A stretch of DNA of 64,000 nucleotides from positions 311,736,001 through 311,800,000 of the forward strand of contig OZ024743.1 in assembly GCA_964016885.1 (NCBI GenBank), read 5' to 3'. This stretch comes from Eledone cirrhosa (lineage: Eukaryota). The translations under genes and the position numbers were made by a program. The notes under the pieces are model-generated. The model saw only the letters and a program-made list of their open reading frames with translations. It had not been told where the DNA came from and made no database searches. Positions 1 to 15,071 of the stretch are shown piece after piece (the stretch's first letter is position 1; the number at the start of each line of letters is the position of its first letter).

Positions 1-31
1 AATGGAGCTCTGCCGTCGGGATCCTGACTCT

Positions 32-77
<46 letters not shown>

Positions 78-131
78 CGTTTCTGAATTTGTTTACAAAG
101 ATTCTTTATCTGAAGACGTGTGTTGAAACCG

Positions 132-962
132 ATATTGTTATGCTTTGGGAGGGTCATGTTGCCAATAAGAAACACACGCACCAGTAGCTTTCATTCCAAT
201 TTATTATACATTAAATTTATAAATCTAAGAATTTATTTATAAATTTCCGGGCGGCTGTTCATATATTGTCAAAGTTCTTTCGTCACACATTTTGTGACCT
301 CTTCAGTGACTGGGGATTCTTTTCTTTGTTTTGTGCCTCTTCTTTGTTCTGTCCTACGCCATCTTGTTTTTGTGTGTGTTGTGTGCTTAGTTTGCGCATG
401 TGTTACATCCGGGCGTCTCTGTGTGTTTTTATTTGTTTATTTATTTGTTTATTTACATGTTACTGGTTGGTTGTTTATTTTACGTTTGTGTTTTCCTTTT
501 GTCCTTAATTGTAAGTTGTGATGTTGCTATTCCATTCATGAAGGGAATAGCAACATCACAATTAAGGACAAAATGAAAACACACACACACATAAAACAAA
601 CAACCAACCAGTAACATGTAAATAAACAAATAAATAAACAAATAAAAACACACAGACACCCGGATGTAACACATGCGCAAACTAAGCACACAACACACAC
701 AAAAACAAGATGGCGTAGGACAGAACAAAGGAGAGGCACAAAACAAAGAAAAGAATCCCCAGTCACTGAAGAGGTCACAGAATGTGTGACGAAAGAACTT
801 TGACAATATATGAACAGCCGTCCGGTTATTGAACCAACCAACCAGCCGGAAATTTATGAATAAATTCTTAGATTTATAAATTTAATGTATAATAAATTGG
901 AATAAAAGCAACTGGTGCGTGTGTTTCTTATTGGCAACATGACCCTCCCAAAGCATAACAAT
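132..962. repeat. ~830-bp imperfect palindrome, probably an inverted pair of PLE 3' tails, flanked by (TA)n
   Basis: 132-~530 is the reverse complement of ~545-962 (mirror ORFs 266..508+ and 480..806-). The centre is TTGTGATGTTGCTATTCC/GGAATAGCAACATCACAA. Confidence 0.75.
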
Positions 963-975
963 ATATATATATATT

Positions 976-2900
976 TGTCGAGCCGCTTACCAACTTAAAT
1001 GGGTGACCGCCATCAACAGCGCCACAGAAAATAACAGCGGCCACGCAACCCACCCCAAGTTCCCCACTTACCACCCCGACAACCCACTCCACCCCCACCC
1101 ACCAACCACGAACTCGACACTAAACTCATCAGGCTAAAACACTCCATCTCGGATATACTTCACAAACACACACACACACGCATAACACATAACCTCACCA
1201 AATCTCAACTCACCACTCTCTCCAACCTAAAATCGAAGAACCTCATCTATCTCCCCTCCGATAAGGGAAAAGAATTCTGCGTCATCAGCAGAGAGGCCTA
1301 CAACACCCTGGCTCTCCAACACCTTGACGATGACAACCTCTACTCCAAGGTCACGGGAATCACTCCCGCGCAGATAGAAGAGCACATCAACGCCGCCTGG
1401 ACCAACATCTGCGACCGGCAGAAGCTCCCGAAGAAGCTGAGATACAACCTCCTCACGAGGAACAGCAGACTACCCGCCTTCTACCACCTCGTGAAAACAC
1501 ACAAACAGGGACCCGACCTGAAGATCAAGCCCATCGTATCGAGCGTGGAGAGACCACTCTACAAAATTTCATGGCTCCTAGCCAGAATACTCAAACCCAT
1601 CTTAGACACCTTGCCGGGACACGTTAACAGCTCCGAGGAGGTGTTGAAGCGCCTGCATCAAATGGATCCCGGCACCAGAAGGAATAACAGATATGCCTTC
1701 AGCCTTGATGTAGTCGCTCTCTACACCTCGGTCCCGGCACTCCCGGCCGTCAATATACTGATGGAACGCGTCCAATCCACCGACCTACACTGCTTCGGGC
1801 TCACCACCACTGACATCAACCAACTCCTATCCATCGTCGTCGACAACACCTACTTCGGATTCCTTGACCAAACATACCAACAAACCTCGGGATTGCCCAT
1901 GGGATCAAGCCTATCAGGTGTGCTAGCGATCTCTTACATGGACAACCTTGAACGCAAGGCACTCAACGCCTGCCACCCCAACGCCGTAGCCTTTTTCTCA
2001 AGGTACGTGGACGATATCCTCATCCTCACATCTTCCCAAAACACGGCGAACAGAATCTATGAGACGTTCAACAACACGGACGAGAACATTGACTTCAGTG
2101 TTGAACACCCCAACGAAGACGGGTCACTTGCCCTCCTCGACTTCCGAATCAACATCACGGAACAGAGAAGGATCCACTACAACTTCTACCGAAAGGCAGC
2201 CTGCAGGGACCCGTTCGTTCACTACAAGTCCGCCCTCCCTAACAGTGCCAAAAGAGGATACATCACGAACGAGATCGCGCGAATCAAAAACAGATGCAGC
2301 GATCCCGCGAGTGGTGTCACTCATACCAAGCGATTCCTCGAGGTGCTGGAGACGAACGGGTACCCTACCTCGATCACAGACAGAATAGGAGACACCAGAC
2401 GCAAGAGACAGAGAGGCACCCAAGGCAAGTGCTTCCTTAAAATGCCACACCTGGGCGAGAATACCACCAACGCTTTCCGCAAGGCTATACGGAGGGAGGG
2501 CCTCGACATCCACCTGGCCCACTCGGGCCCCTCCCTGCGAAGATGCCTCTCCAGGAAACCCGGGAAATCTACTGACGCATGCTCCCTCAGAGACTGCCCG
2601 ATACGCCATGCGAACTGTTGCCTACGCACATACGTCGTGTAGAAGATAGAATGTGACAGGTGCAACCAATACTACATAGGTAGCACAATCCGACCTTTGC
2701 ACATCCGGATCAAGGAACACACTAAAACCAGGGCCTCGTCTTTCCGGAAACACATAGACAGAAGGCCCATTGTCACAATTCTAGCGACTGAAAGAAACGT
2801 CGGTACGTTACGTATCAAGGAAGCGCTTTTTATAAAACGCCTGCAACCGCAAATAAACAACCGATCAGAGAGAAGCGAAATGAGAAGCGAAATAAGCTAA
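976..2900 (+). pseudogene. Penelope-like element RT + GIY-YIG endonuclease, 5'-truncated, premature TAG at 2640-2642
   Basis: Motifs PSDKG, FYHLVKTHK..PIVS, SLDVVALYT, GLPMGS, RYVDD, FYRK, Cys linker, then VV*KIECDRC..YIGST.RPLHIRIKEH..KEALFIK..PQIN in one frame. Confidence 0.93.
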
Positions 2901-3572
2901 CAAACGATGCAGCAACACACGCGCACACACACAAACGAGACAACTACACACACACACGCACACACACACAGTAGCATTCCACCATACGAACATACTACAC
3001 TGCCAATACAGAGGAACAAGGCAACAACACACGCTCACACACACACACTCAAGCGAGACAACTACACACGCACACACACACACAGTAACATTTAACAAAC
3101 AGGCAGAGAATGGACTGACAGCTAGCGCCACCCCACTCCCTCATTCGGCCGCTGACCTCTGCCCGACCGGCCCCATTTCACGCGCACGCGCGCTCTGCCG
3201 AATACCTCAGATATTCAAAACAACAAACAGCGGAGGACGCGTTTCGCACTTGTCCGACAGACAACCTTTCCCCCACTCCGGAAAAACCCCCAGTTGATGG
3301 ATGTGAATCCGAAATATATAGGGACTATTAAATCTCTCCCAAGGTAACTCTCTCTCGTGTTGTTATTTTATTTTATCCTTTATACTCTTTCCTTCATTCT
3401 TCTACACATCTCATACACACCACGCTTCTCAACATACACCTACTTACATCTCTCTCTCCACCACCGGATCTTGTTACCCGGAGATTTACCCATTTGCATT
3501 GTCGAGGCTTCCAAACGACTTAAAGATATTTACTTATTATTCCACAATGCTTCAAGCAAACTTCAATACTCT

Positions 3573-3575
<3 letters not shown>
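976..3575 (+). mobile_element. Penelope-like retroelement (ORF plus 3' UTR with degenerate HHR at 3287-3323) between (TA)n tracts
   Basis: PLE ORF followed by CCC-CAGTTGAT-GGAT gtga ATCC-GAAA-TATA-TA-GGG. (TA)n lies on both sides. Confidence 0.85.
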
Positions 3576-3623
<48 letters not shown>

Positions 3624-3681
3624 TATAAAAATTATAAAAAATAAACCAAAGAAGCCTTCAATACATCAAAACTCTTTATTA

Positions 3682-3719
3682 GCCAACAATGTTTCGTCCT
3701 ATTAAGGACTCATCAGGGC
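3682..3719 (-). ncRNA. Type I hammerhead ribozyme motif at the end of a probable PLE 3' UTR (~3640-5190, minus)
   Basis: Minus strand: GCC CTGATGA GTCC ttaata GGAC GAAA CATTG TT GGC. Confidence 0.75.
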
Positions 3720-5229
3720 AAGTAAAGCTACAAGAAGCACTATCGGCCAATACAAGCCAAAAACTCAGAAGAATATGGAGTATACATCTCTTAAAGCTTA
3801 GGAAAGATATCAAGGAAAAGTTGGATTAAGAGTGAGCAGGAAGTGATTAACATGTTGGACCCACATTGCAAATATTGTTTAATGCAAAAATTTGAAACAC
3901 AAATGGTAATATAATGCGAGAATTACAGTACGATATAGAATATAATATAATATAATAGATGGTGATAATAAAAAGCTTAATATATGTATATATATATATA
4001 TCTATACATATACACATTAGTACAAACACAAACTAACACTTATTAAGTATTTAAATATATATATATATATATTATTTACAGTATAATATAATAAAGATAA
4101 AAATAAGAATAAAGATAAAAATAAAAATAAAATATAATATATAATTCCCTGTCAGTGTGCATAAACAATATAAAAAAAACATTATAATAACATTATAATA
4201 ACAATATTATAATATATTGGCATCAAAAGATATACAAAATTACATCATACATATAATTCAAGGTTAACAAATAGTATAAAGTTTTACACATGGTAAGAAA
4301 AAAATCATATAGAACTAAATTGTGTTGAAAAAATTGTGTTGAAAAAATATCTATACCATTGTAACAAATACACGGAGGTCAAGTCATTTTACATTGGCAT
4401 AAATATTACCAAAATATCACAAAATATTACAAAATATAACAGAACAGTACCTCAAATAACAGACATATATTAAAATCTATAATACGATTACATAAAAATG
4501 ATATGATATAACAACGTTAATATCAAATAGCAAACAGAGTCTAAGGAAATGCTTAATATATATATTTACGTGGTTGACATACACAGACATATATTAATGA
4601 GATTACATGAATCAGACAGACAGCGTGTGGTAGTAAAAAAAATAAATAAAATAAACCGAAGATCGAAAAACAAAAACAAGTATATTTACTTAGGTGTCAC
4701 AGGCGGTTAAGTAAAAGAAGAAAAAGATAGAAATGTAAACCAGAGAATTGACTAGAAAACCTTTTTAAATTAATTAATATTAAAAGTATTTAAAATACAT
4801 ATTTAGTCACTTCAAAATTGGCTAGTGTTTAAGTCATCAAAATCGTATAAGTTTAAGATATCTCAATAAAATTATCAAGAATAGAGTAAAATATGCTCCG
4901 TTCAGTTGAATAACGTTATCAAATAAAAGGACTCTAAATATAACTATGGTAGACGAATGGGAACAGAAAGAAGAGAGGTTATGGAGGATAGGAAGGAGCA
5001 TAAAAGTAAAATCAATATATTATATAATATCATAAAAAGGAGCATAAAGGTGAAATTTATATATAGTATAATAGAAGGGGCGGATATTAAGTGTGTAGAG
5101 GAGGAGGTTCAAATTACATTGAGCTATATCTTATACTGTCATTTCTATAATATGAAGAGGGTGTTTGACTCCAACACACTCTAGTATTTTAATTCTTCTT
5201 ATTTTAATTCTTATATATATATATATATA

Positions 5230-5392
5230 AAACGGAGGAGTTGTGGGAAGGAACCAGATGGACCATAACGCACCAGAGTACTCAATACCTAGGGTAGTAG
5301 AGTGGGTAATAGGAGAAAGTATGACCCCTTTAGCCCAGAAATAGCCGTCGAAACGGCTTGAGCTCTCCCGTCGGGGTCATACTTTCTCCTAT
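5230..5392. repeat. Inverted PLE-tail family carrying the 3' half of an HHR (also 1-35, 9422-9642, 40085-40476)
   Basis: Shared GAAACGGCTTGAGCTCTGCCGTCGGGGTC motif (one mismatch here) in fold-back arrangements within (TA)n. Confidence 0.65.
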
Positions 5393-5499
5393 GTATATAT
5401 ATATATATATATATACATATATAAATTCATAAGGATATATATGTATATGTTTAGACATAGTCACGGATACATATATGAGTGTGGCTACCTTCCACGGTA

Positions 5500-6062
5500 T
5501 GGCTCCATGAAAAAATTAATTAAGCAAATAATTATTAATCGGAGCTATATAAAATTATAAATTTGAAGAACAGTCAGACAAAATATATCCAATGTTCTTC
5601 TCCTTAGTCCGTAGAAATTAACTAGATAAACGGAGCTAAGTTTAAAATGTAATTTCGAAGAAATAACAGATAAGTGTCACAGACTGTCCGAGGGAGTCTC
5701 TTGAGAAGCTAGAAGCCTCATGGATAATACCAGGATTGGACATATCCACAGAGTACGAGCGAAACTATCGATAGTCTGGACTAGAAGAATTATGGTAAAG
5801 TTTATATACATTTTTTCTTCAAACTTGTATTTTAGACTTAGCTCCGTTTAATTGATTATTTGTCTAGTTAATTTCTACGGGCTAAGAGGAAAGATTAGGT
5901 AAGTTTTATCTGACTGTTGCTCACTAGGGATAGTCTGTGACATTTATCTGTTATTTCTTCGAAATTACATTTAAAATGATTATTTATCTAGTTAATTTCT
6001 ACGGTCTAAGGAGAAGAAACATTGGATATATTTTGTCTGACTATTCTTCAAACTTATAATTT

Positions 6063-6066
<4 letters not shown>
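5500..6066. repeat. Degenerate inverted repeat with internal duplications
   Basis: 5530-5680 is mirrored in pieces at 5825-6065 (CGGAGCTA, GAAATTAACTAGA, TTCGAAGAAATAACAGATAA). Confidence 0.6.
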
Positions 6067-6150
<84 letters not shown>

Positions 6151-6221
6151 AAGAAAAAAATATGAAATCGAAAATGCAACTAGAGTGTTATTTTTTAAAA
6201 TATATATATATTTATTTGGTT

Positions 6222-6259
6222 CCTTTACCGGTTTAGCGGTTCTTCTGCTTTTCAAAAGT
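6222..6259 (-). ncRNA. Degenerate U3-A8 variant HHR in a short dispersed repeat tail (paralogue at 27046-27083+)
   Basis: Minus strand: CTT TTGAAAA GCAG aagaa CCGC TAAA CCGG TA AAG. Confidence 0.5.
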
Positions 6260-6319
6260 AGAGTTGAGATGAAAGGCCTGTGGTTTTTCTCACATATATA
6301 TAGATAACACAATTAACTC

Positions 6320-7874
<1,555 letters not shown>

Positions 7875-7954
7875 GTTAGATCGTGACGCTAATCCCTGCC
7901 CTACTTATAGCTAAAATAGCATACTAAGTGTTGTTAGTTTTCTGACAAACCTTG

Positions 7955-8018
<64 letters not shown>

Positions 8019-8156
8019 AAACGAACTAGTTTTATTCAATATATTAATGTAATAATGTAATTATGTCCATTGACAAATTAAATAAGATTACTTCCTTTTC
8101 GTCAAATAATATATCCTGTTTGAATTTCTCTCCACCCCCCCCACCCACTCTCTCTC

Positions 8157-8196
<40 letters not shown>

Positions 8197-8688
8197 AAAG
8201 TTTTATTTAAAATTGTTGGGTTACAACGAGTAAATATTTTATAACTGATATAAAGCACTCAACAAGTTTTGGAGTAGATATACGATATTAAACAAATGGA
8301 AACTATATTTATAAAACCATATTTATTTCATTATACATATTTCAGGGATACCATATTAAAAATATGGCATGCCTTCTTCAGATAAAATACAATATATAAG
8401 CAGTTTTATAAATAAATTTGACGTACCATAAATATTGATCAACTTCCATTTGAGAAGTTGGTTTGGTAGTGAAATGTTTATAAATATTTAGTGTTAAGCA
8501 CAGTTAGAAAGAAAGACGGAGAAAAGGAAGAAATGTATGTAAAGAAAAACAAAGAGAGATAGAGAGAGATATGGGAGAGAGAAATAGTGAGGAGGTGAAA
8601 AATGAGAGGCAGCTGAGGCAACAGATGAATAATAATAATTCATCATACAAATTGAGAGATTTAGGAGGGAGGGAGTACTGTAATTATT

Positions 8689-8738
<50 letters not shown>

Positions 8739-8743
8739 TATAC

Positions 8744-9381
8744 CACTGATGATGGATAGTCCTGGCTTCTATTTCTAATTCTTTATTATATATATCATAT
8801 ATGCAACAACACAGCTCGCCATTTTTCATTCATATATGCTTTCCCCTTCGCTGTGACCTGTCTTTTTCTCTTCCTTTACTGCTATCCTCTTTCTCTCTCC
8901 CCCTTCTCTCGCCTTCTCACTCTTACTTTCACTCACCCCCTCGGCTAGCCTCTTCCTCACACTTTCACTCACTCACTCTCTGTTACTCACCCTCTCTCTC
9001 ACTTCCTCTATCGTCCCACACCGTACGAAATTCTCTCCTCGCTCACATTCGCACGGCCAAGATGTATCTTTTGCCTTCTCGTCAATATTCGCACGTTCTT
9101 ATGTTCAAAATGAATCATTGACTTGATTTTCTCATTTTTTCCTCTTTTTACGTTGCCTCACCATTCGTGTTTGTTTACCTGTCTCTCTTTCTCCACCCAA
9201 CTCTTTTTATCCCAATAACTTAATTTAGTTATTGTATTGCCCTAGCCGGAGGTATATGGTCTGTAATGCGAAGAAATACCTATGATGGCTAGTAGACCAC
9301 TGATGATGGATAGTCCTGGCTTCTATTTCTAATTCTTTATTATATATATCTTATTTGCAACAACACAGCTCGCGATTTTTC

Positions 9382-9385
<4 letters not shown>
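8744..9385 (+). repeat. pLTR-like unit with ~85-bp terminal direct repeat (8744-8832 / 9296-9385) in (TA)n
   Basis: ACCACTGATGATGGATAGTCCTGGCTTC...CAACAACACAGCTCGC occurs at both ends. Confidence 0.65.
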
Positions 9386-9424
<39 letters not shown>

Positions 9425-9673
9425 AAAATGTTCAATACCCCGGTCAAGAAATGGTCAGGTAAAGCTCAAGCCGTTTCGACGGCTATTTCTAGACTAGAAT
9501 TTAGTCTAGAAATAGCCGTCGAAACGGCTTGAGCTCTGCCGTCGGGGTCTTCAACATCTTCCTATTACCCACTCTACTACCCAAAGTATTGAGTACGCTG
9601 GTGCGTTATGGTCCATTTGGTTCCTTACCACACTTCCTTCGTTATATATATATATATATATATATATATTTTT

Positions 9674-9721
<48 letters not shown>

Positions 9722-9763
9722 ACGTGTGTGTGTGTTTGTGCATAGAACAATAAAAAAACAAAA

Positions 9764-9950
9764 GTCAGGTGTAGGTAGATAGTTACTTCATTGTTTTACG
9801 ATCGTTTCAGAAGGTCGATTGAACGATAGAGATGGATGTGTCGACTAACATGGTAATGGTTAAGTTACTACCTATTTCAAGTCTCAAAATCCCTGTTCAA
9901 TCGATCGTCTTCCTTAAAAACAATGAAGTAACTATCTACCTACACCTGAC
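9764..9950. repeat. Fold-back PLE-tail element with degenerate minus-strand HHR
   Basis: ~33-bp inverted arms. Minus strand reads ..GAAGA..TCGATTGAAC..GTTCAATCGA..GAAA CGATCG TA AAACAATGAAG. Confidence 0.5.
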
Positions 9951-11194
9951 TCCTGTTTTATTTTATTTTTGTTTTTTGGTTATTATTGTTCTATGCAGCA
10001 CTCTAAAGTTGTTAACACTTATTTAATAATGCAAATGGCTGCGATGTTGTGAGCGTTTCTGTTTTTCTGTTTTTGATTTGTCGTTGATAATTCATGTCGG
10101 TTGATAGTGTAGTGTAACATATGGGAAAACGTGACATACAGTGGTCATACTTCTCCCTACTGTTGTAAGTAGGGAGGTGTTTCAAGGACCCAAGATTCCA
10201 TATTTCTAACACTATCTTTTATTATTGTGTGGTATTCTTCTCTAAGATAGAAATCAATGACTTCTAACATTGGTATAATGTTGGATCACCATCGGTTTCG
10301 ACGATGATTGCTTCAATTGTTCGATCAACGGTACAGCTTGTTCATGAAATCAACGTGCAAATGACGGCATTCTGCAGATATGTGTACTCTTAATGTGATT
10401 CGCAGGGAGATTCAGCGTGAAACAGATTTTTCAAGCTTAGTGGAATGAAGCAATGTGAACTAAAGAATCTTGCTCAAGGATCGACAGGCCGCCCGGTCAC
10501 GCTTTCTTTCAAAACAGTTAGATTATCTTTATTGTTTTCTTTAGAATGACTCTGATGTATAAGTTCTTTAACAATTTGATTGTCTTAATGTTAATCCTCT
10601 TACGTAAACCAGGAATTATCTTGTACAATATAATATCAATGTACAACAAAAATACTAAATATCTAATTTTATTAATCCGCACATATAATATAATTTCATC
10701 ATAGATATCGATGCAATGAAAATGTACCTAAAGTGCAATTGCTAATGCAGGCAGTCTTAATGTAACTAGATATCGATCGCCAAACTTGATTGTTTACAAT
10801 ATTCTCAATGGGAAAAATTAGAACATCAGGAAAGATAAAAACATAAAATAAAGACATTAGATTCCAATGAAAAGTTATAGTGTTTTCTCAACGATCATTG
10901 TAGTAGACGTGAGAATATCATAACTATTTTTTATGTTTATATTGTCTGTGTGTTGTGTTGTTTGTATTGTTTGTCATTCATTCGCATGTTAGTTGTTGTA
11001 AGGGGCGATATAGCCATGAGACAGAAACAGATGTCAGCAGAGAAGCTCTCCTTTATCTAAACTTACACACCACTAAATGGTCAGGTAAACATTCCTGATA
11101 AGATAATACGTTAAACACTTACCTTAACGAGGAAGATTCATTTCTCTATACCTAATCCATTTACCTTATATTATTATATTGTTTTTTTATTTAG

Positions 11195-11418
11195 GGCGGT
11201 AGAGCGACAGAGTCGTTAGGGCTTCTGACAATATGCTTTGCGGTATAGATTTACGTCGCTGTGCGTTCTGAGTTCAAATTTCACCGAGGTTAGCTTTGTC
11301 TTTCATTATTACGGAGTCGATAAATTAAAGTACCAGTAAGGCACTGGTGTCGATTTAATCGACTTTCCCCTCCCCCAAAAAATGGTTGGACTTGTGCCTA
11401 AATCAGAAACTATTATAT
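11195..11418 (+). mobile_element. tRNA-derived SINE (cephalopod-like family)
   Basis: B-box-like GAGTTCAAAT, core CCGAGGT..CTTT..CTTTCAT..GTCGATAAA..AAGTACCAG, and an ATT-repeat tail. Many copies in the window. Confidence 0.8.
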
Positions 11419-11735
11419 TGATTTTATTTGCTTTTGCTTTGTTTTTGTGTGGAGTAGTGGAAATAGTAGAAGGAATGGGTCCTTTTTAGGTTTTTGTTTA
11501 ACATGGTAATAGAGACATTTCTTATGTAATTGATTTAGTTTCAACACAGTCTTAGATCAAGTCACTTGTCCGACATGGACAACTGTGGCTAAAATGACTC
11601 TTCCATGGAGTAATTGCTTTATTTTCAAACACAATATGGTCTCACATCAAGTCCCTTGCTAGACATGTGCAACTGTGGTTGAAGTAGCTCATTCATCTTT
11701 GATGTTGAATCCTATCATTTTAATTTCTCTCTCTC

Positions 11736-12087
<352 letters not shown>

Positions 12088-12088
<1 letters not shown>

Positions 12089-12277
12089 AATAATAAACAA
12101 GAAAGAGGGTTTTATTTGTACATCCCTATTCATTTTGTTATACGTATTTCAAAGTTGCCCTACGTGTTCTCTTCAGACAAAACTCCACAGTTATACAACT
12201 GCCTTACGTTTTGAAATACGTATAACAAAATAAATAGGGATGTACAAATGAAACCGTCTTTCTTGTTTATTATTATG
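12088..12277. repeat. Inverted PLE-tail pair containing a type I HHR (12133-12182, minus)
   Basis: Arms 12088-12153 and 12211-12277. Minus strand: TTTTGT CTGAAGA GAA..TTT GAAA TACGTA TA ACAAAA. Confidence 0.65.
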
Positions 12278-12384
12278 TCAAAACTCCGGATGAACAAAAA
12301 CCGTGGAGTGCTTTACAACTGTTAAGAAAAATCAGCAGATTTTCAATCAACCAACTTTCTTCAATTGAATAAAAAACATTTATG

Positions 12385-12429
<45 letters not shown>

Positions 12430-12440
12430 TAGAATTGGTG

Positions 12441-12562
12441 CTCTCCCCGTGTTTGCTGAAATTAAAGTAAGTGAGTCTGTCACTACTCTAAAACAATAGC
12501 ATAAGGTCTTCAAAATGCTTTTAATTAAGCATAAAGTGTATTGCAAATACACTATATATACA

Positions 12563-12568
<6 letters not shown>
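12441..12568 (+). mobile_element. 3' fragment of retrozyme-like family B
   Basis: Near-identical to 21415-21540 and ends ACATTCA-(TA)n. Confidence 0.75.
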
Positions 12569-12648
<80 letters not shown>

Positions 12649-13261
12649 TATGTGTATATATATATACATATATACATATATATAAATATATATATATATA
12701 TATAAAATATTAAAAAAATAATGAATAAAACAATGAAACAGTTCCTTATATTAAACAAAAAAAGTTCATTATTTAACGATCGTTTCTAGGACATATATGT
12801 GTTAGAATTGGCATGCATATTCAAAAGATCTATGTACAAAATTATACAAACTATCAAAGAGAATATACATACCATCACATATATATGCTGTCTTCAGAAA
12901 TAATGAGGTATATTTATTGATAATAACAACAATTCAAAATTACAGGTCTGTTTGGGAACAGATTTTAAATAGACCAATGAAATACATAAAAATTCATCAA
13001 GAAAATACAGTTAGGTGTGTGTATATATGTAAGTAACTTCGTTCACAGATATGCATAAAAATGAATGTTCACATGCATACGCATGTCGAAAAAGTGTATG
13101 TAAATATAAAAATTCAGGGCTAATGTCTCTGTATGTTTATAATCCACAGACAAAATATACATACATATACATATACATATACACACATATATACACACAT
13201 ATACATACATTCATACACACACGCGCATATACACATAAACACACACATACCTACGAACACA

Positions 13262-13308
<47 letters not shown>

Positions 13309-13877
13309 GGATATATTATTATTATAACTAAATGGATATTGAGGCGCACACATAAACACGGCCACACACACTTACATCTAGATGCAGAATTAAAAGGAGG
13401 TAAGGGAGTAAGTAATTAAGGAGGGTGTCAGACTCAGCATATTTATAAAAATGTATCTATAAATTTAGAAATAAAAAGAAATATAATAAAAGAAATATAA
13501 TAAAAACATAAAAAAACATAAAAGAGAGACATAAAATATACATGCTTATATACATACGCACATATACACATCCATACGTTCGATACATACATACGTACAC
13601 ACACACACATACATATACGTATATATACATACACACATATACCCATGTATATATACACACAACCACACACTCACACACACTCAGACATACATAAATATAG
13701 AGACATACATACACACACATATATATATATATATATACACATATATATATATACATATATATATAAAAAAAATAAATAAATACACACAGTCAGACAATTA
13801 TGCACATATATACACATACATACACACATCTCTACAAATACATATACATACACATACATACATACACATATATATAC

Positions 13878-13946
<69 letters not shown>

Positions 13947-15071
13947 TCATACACACTTATTTACATGCGCACATATGTATTTTTATACTCACATACAAAC
14001 ACACAAACATACATACATACTTACATACACATACATACATCCACGCTTACAAATACGAATAATTATGGGGGGGAGGGGGATTAAAATTATTAGTGGGAAA
14101 TAGTAAATATAGGTTTCAAGGAACATATAATATTAATCTGCATTTAAATCATAATATGTGTTTACATAGTAGTGTCAGTATTAGGAAATGGTATTTGTAA
14201 GAAAGAAGGCTAAATTATGCATTTTAATATAAGTAGACTATTAATTATAGGTTAATTAAAGTAAAAATAGTTAATATATTAATTTCTAAGGTGTATACTA
14301 CTTAGGTTTATAATATTTAAAGCGGAATTTTGAAGTTAAACAGTAGTAGAGTATTAATTATAGCATAACTAAATTAAAAATATTAACATGATGGTATCAA
14401 TTTTAGGAAATGAATTTTGTAATAGGGAAAGCCAAATCAAGTATTTCATCGGTAGTAGAATATTAATTATAGGTTAACTAAATTAAAAATTATATATTAA
14501 TTTCTATAGTATATGTTAATTAGGTTTATAATAATTAAAGCAAAATTTTGTATTTTATATATAGTAGAATATAATTATAGGTTAACTAAATTAAAATTAA
14601 TCTATATATTTATTTGTAAAGAATATATTAATTAGGTATATATTTAAAAGTTTTTCTCAGATTATGATTACATGATATTCTGCAATCCATCTGTATTAGA
14701 ATTTTAATTTTAAGCTAACTAAATTAAAATTATAGGTTAACTAAATTAAAATTAATTTATAAATTAATTTCTAAATTGTATATTAATTAGGTTTATAATA
14801 TTAAAAAGTATTTCTCTGTTATTGATTACACGATATTTTGTTATATTTCATCTGTAAAGGAATTTTAATAAAAGGTTAAATAAACTAAAATTAATCTATA
14901 TATTAATTTCCAAAGTATATATTAATTATGTTAATAATAATTAAAGTTTTTAACAGTTTATGATTACACGATATTTTTTAATTTCATCTGTAGTAGAATT
15001 TTAATTAAATTAAAATTATAGGTTAACTACATTTAAATTAATTTATATATTAATTTCTAAAATATATATTA

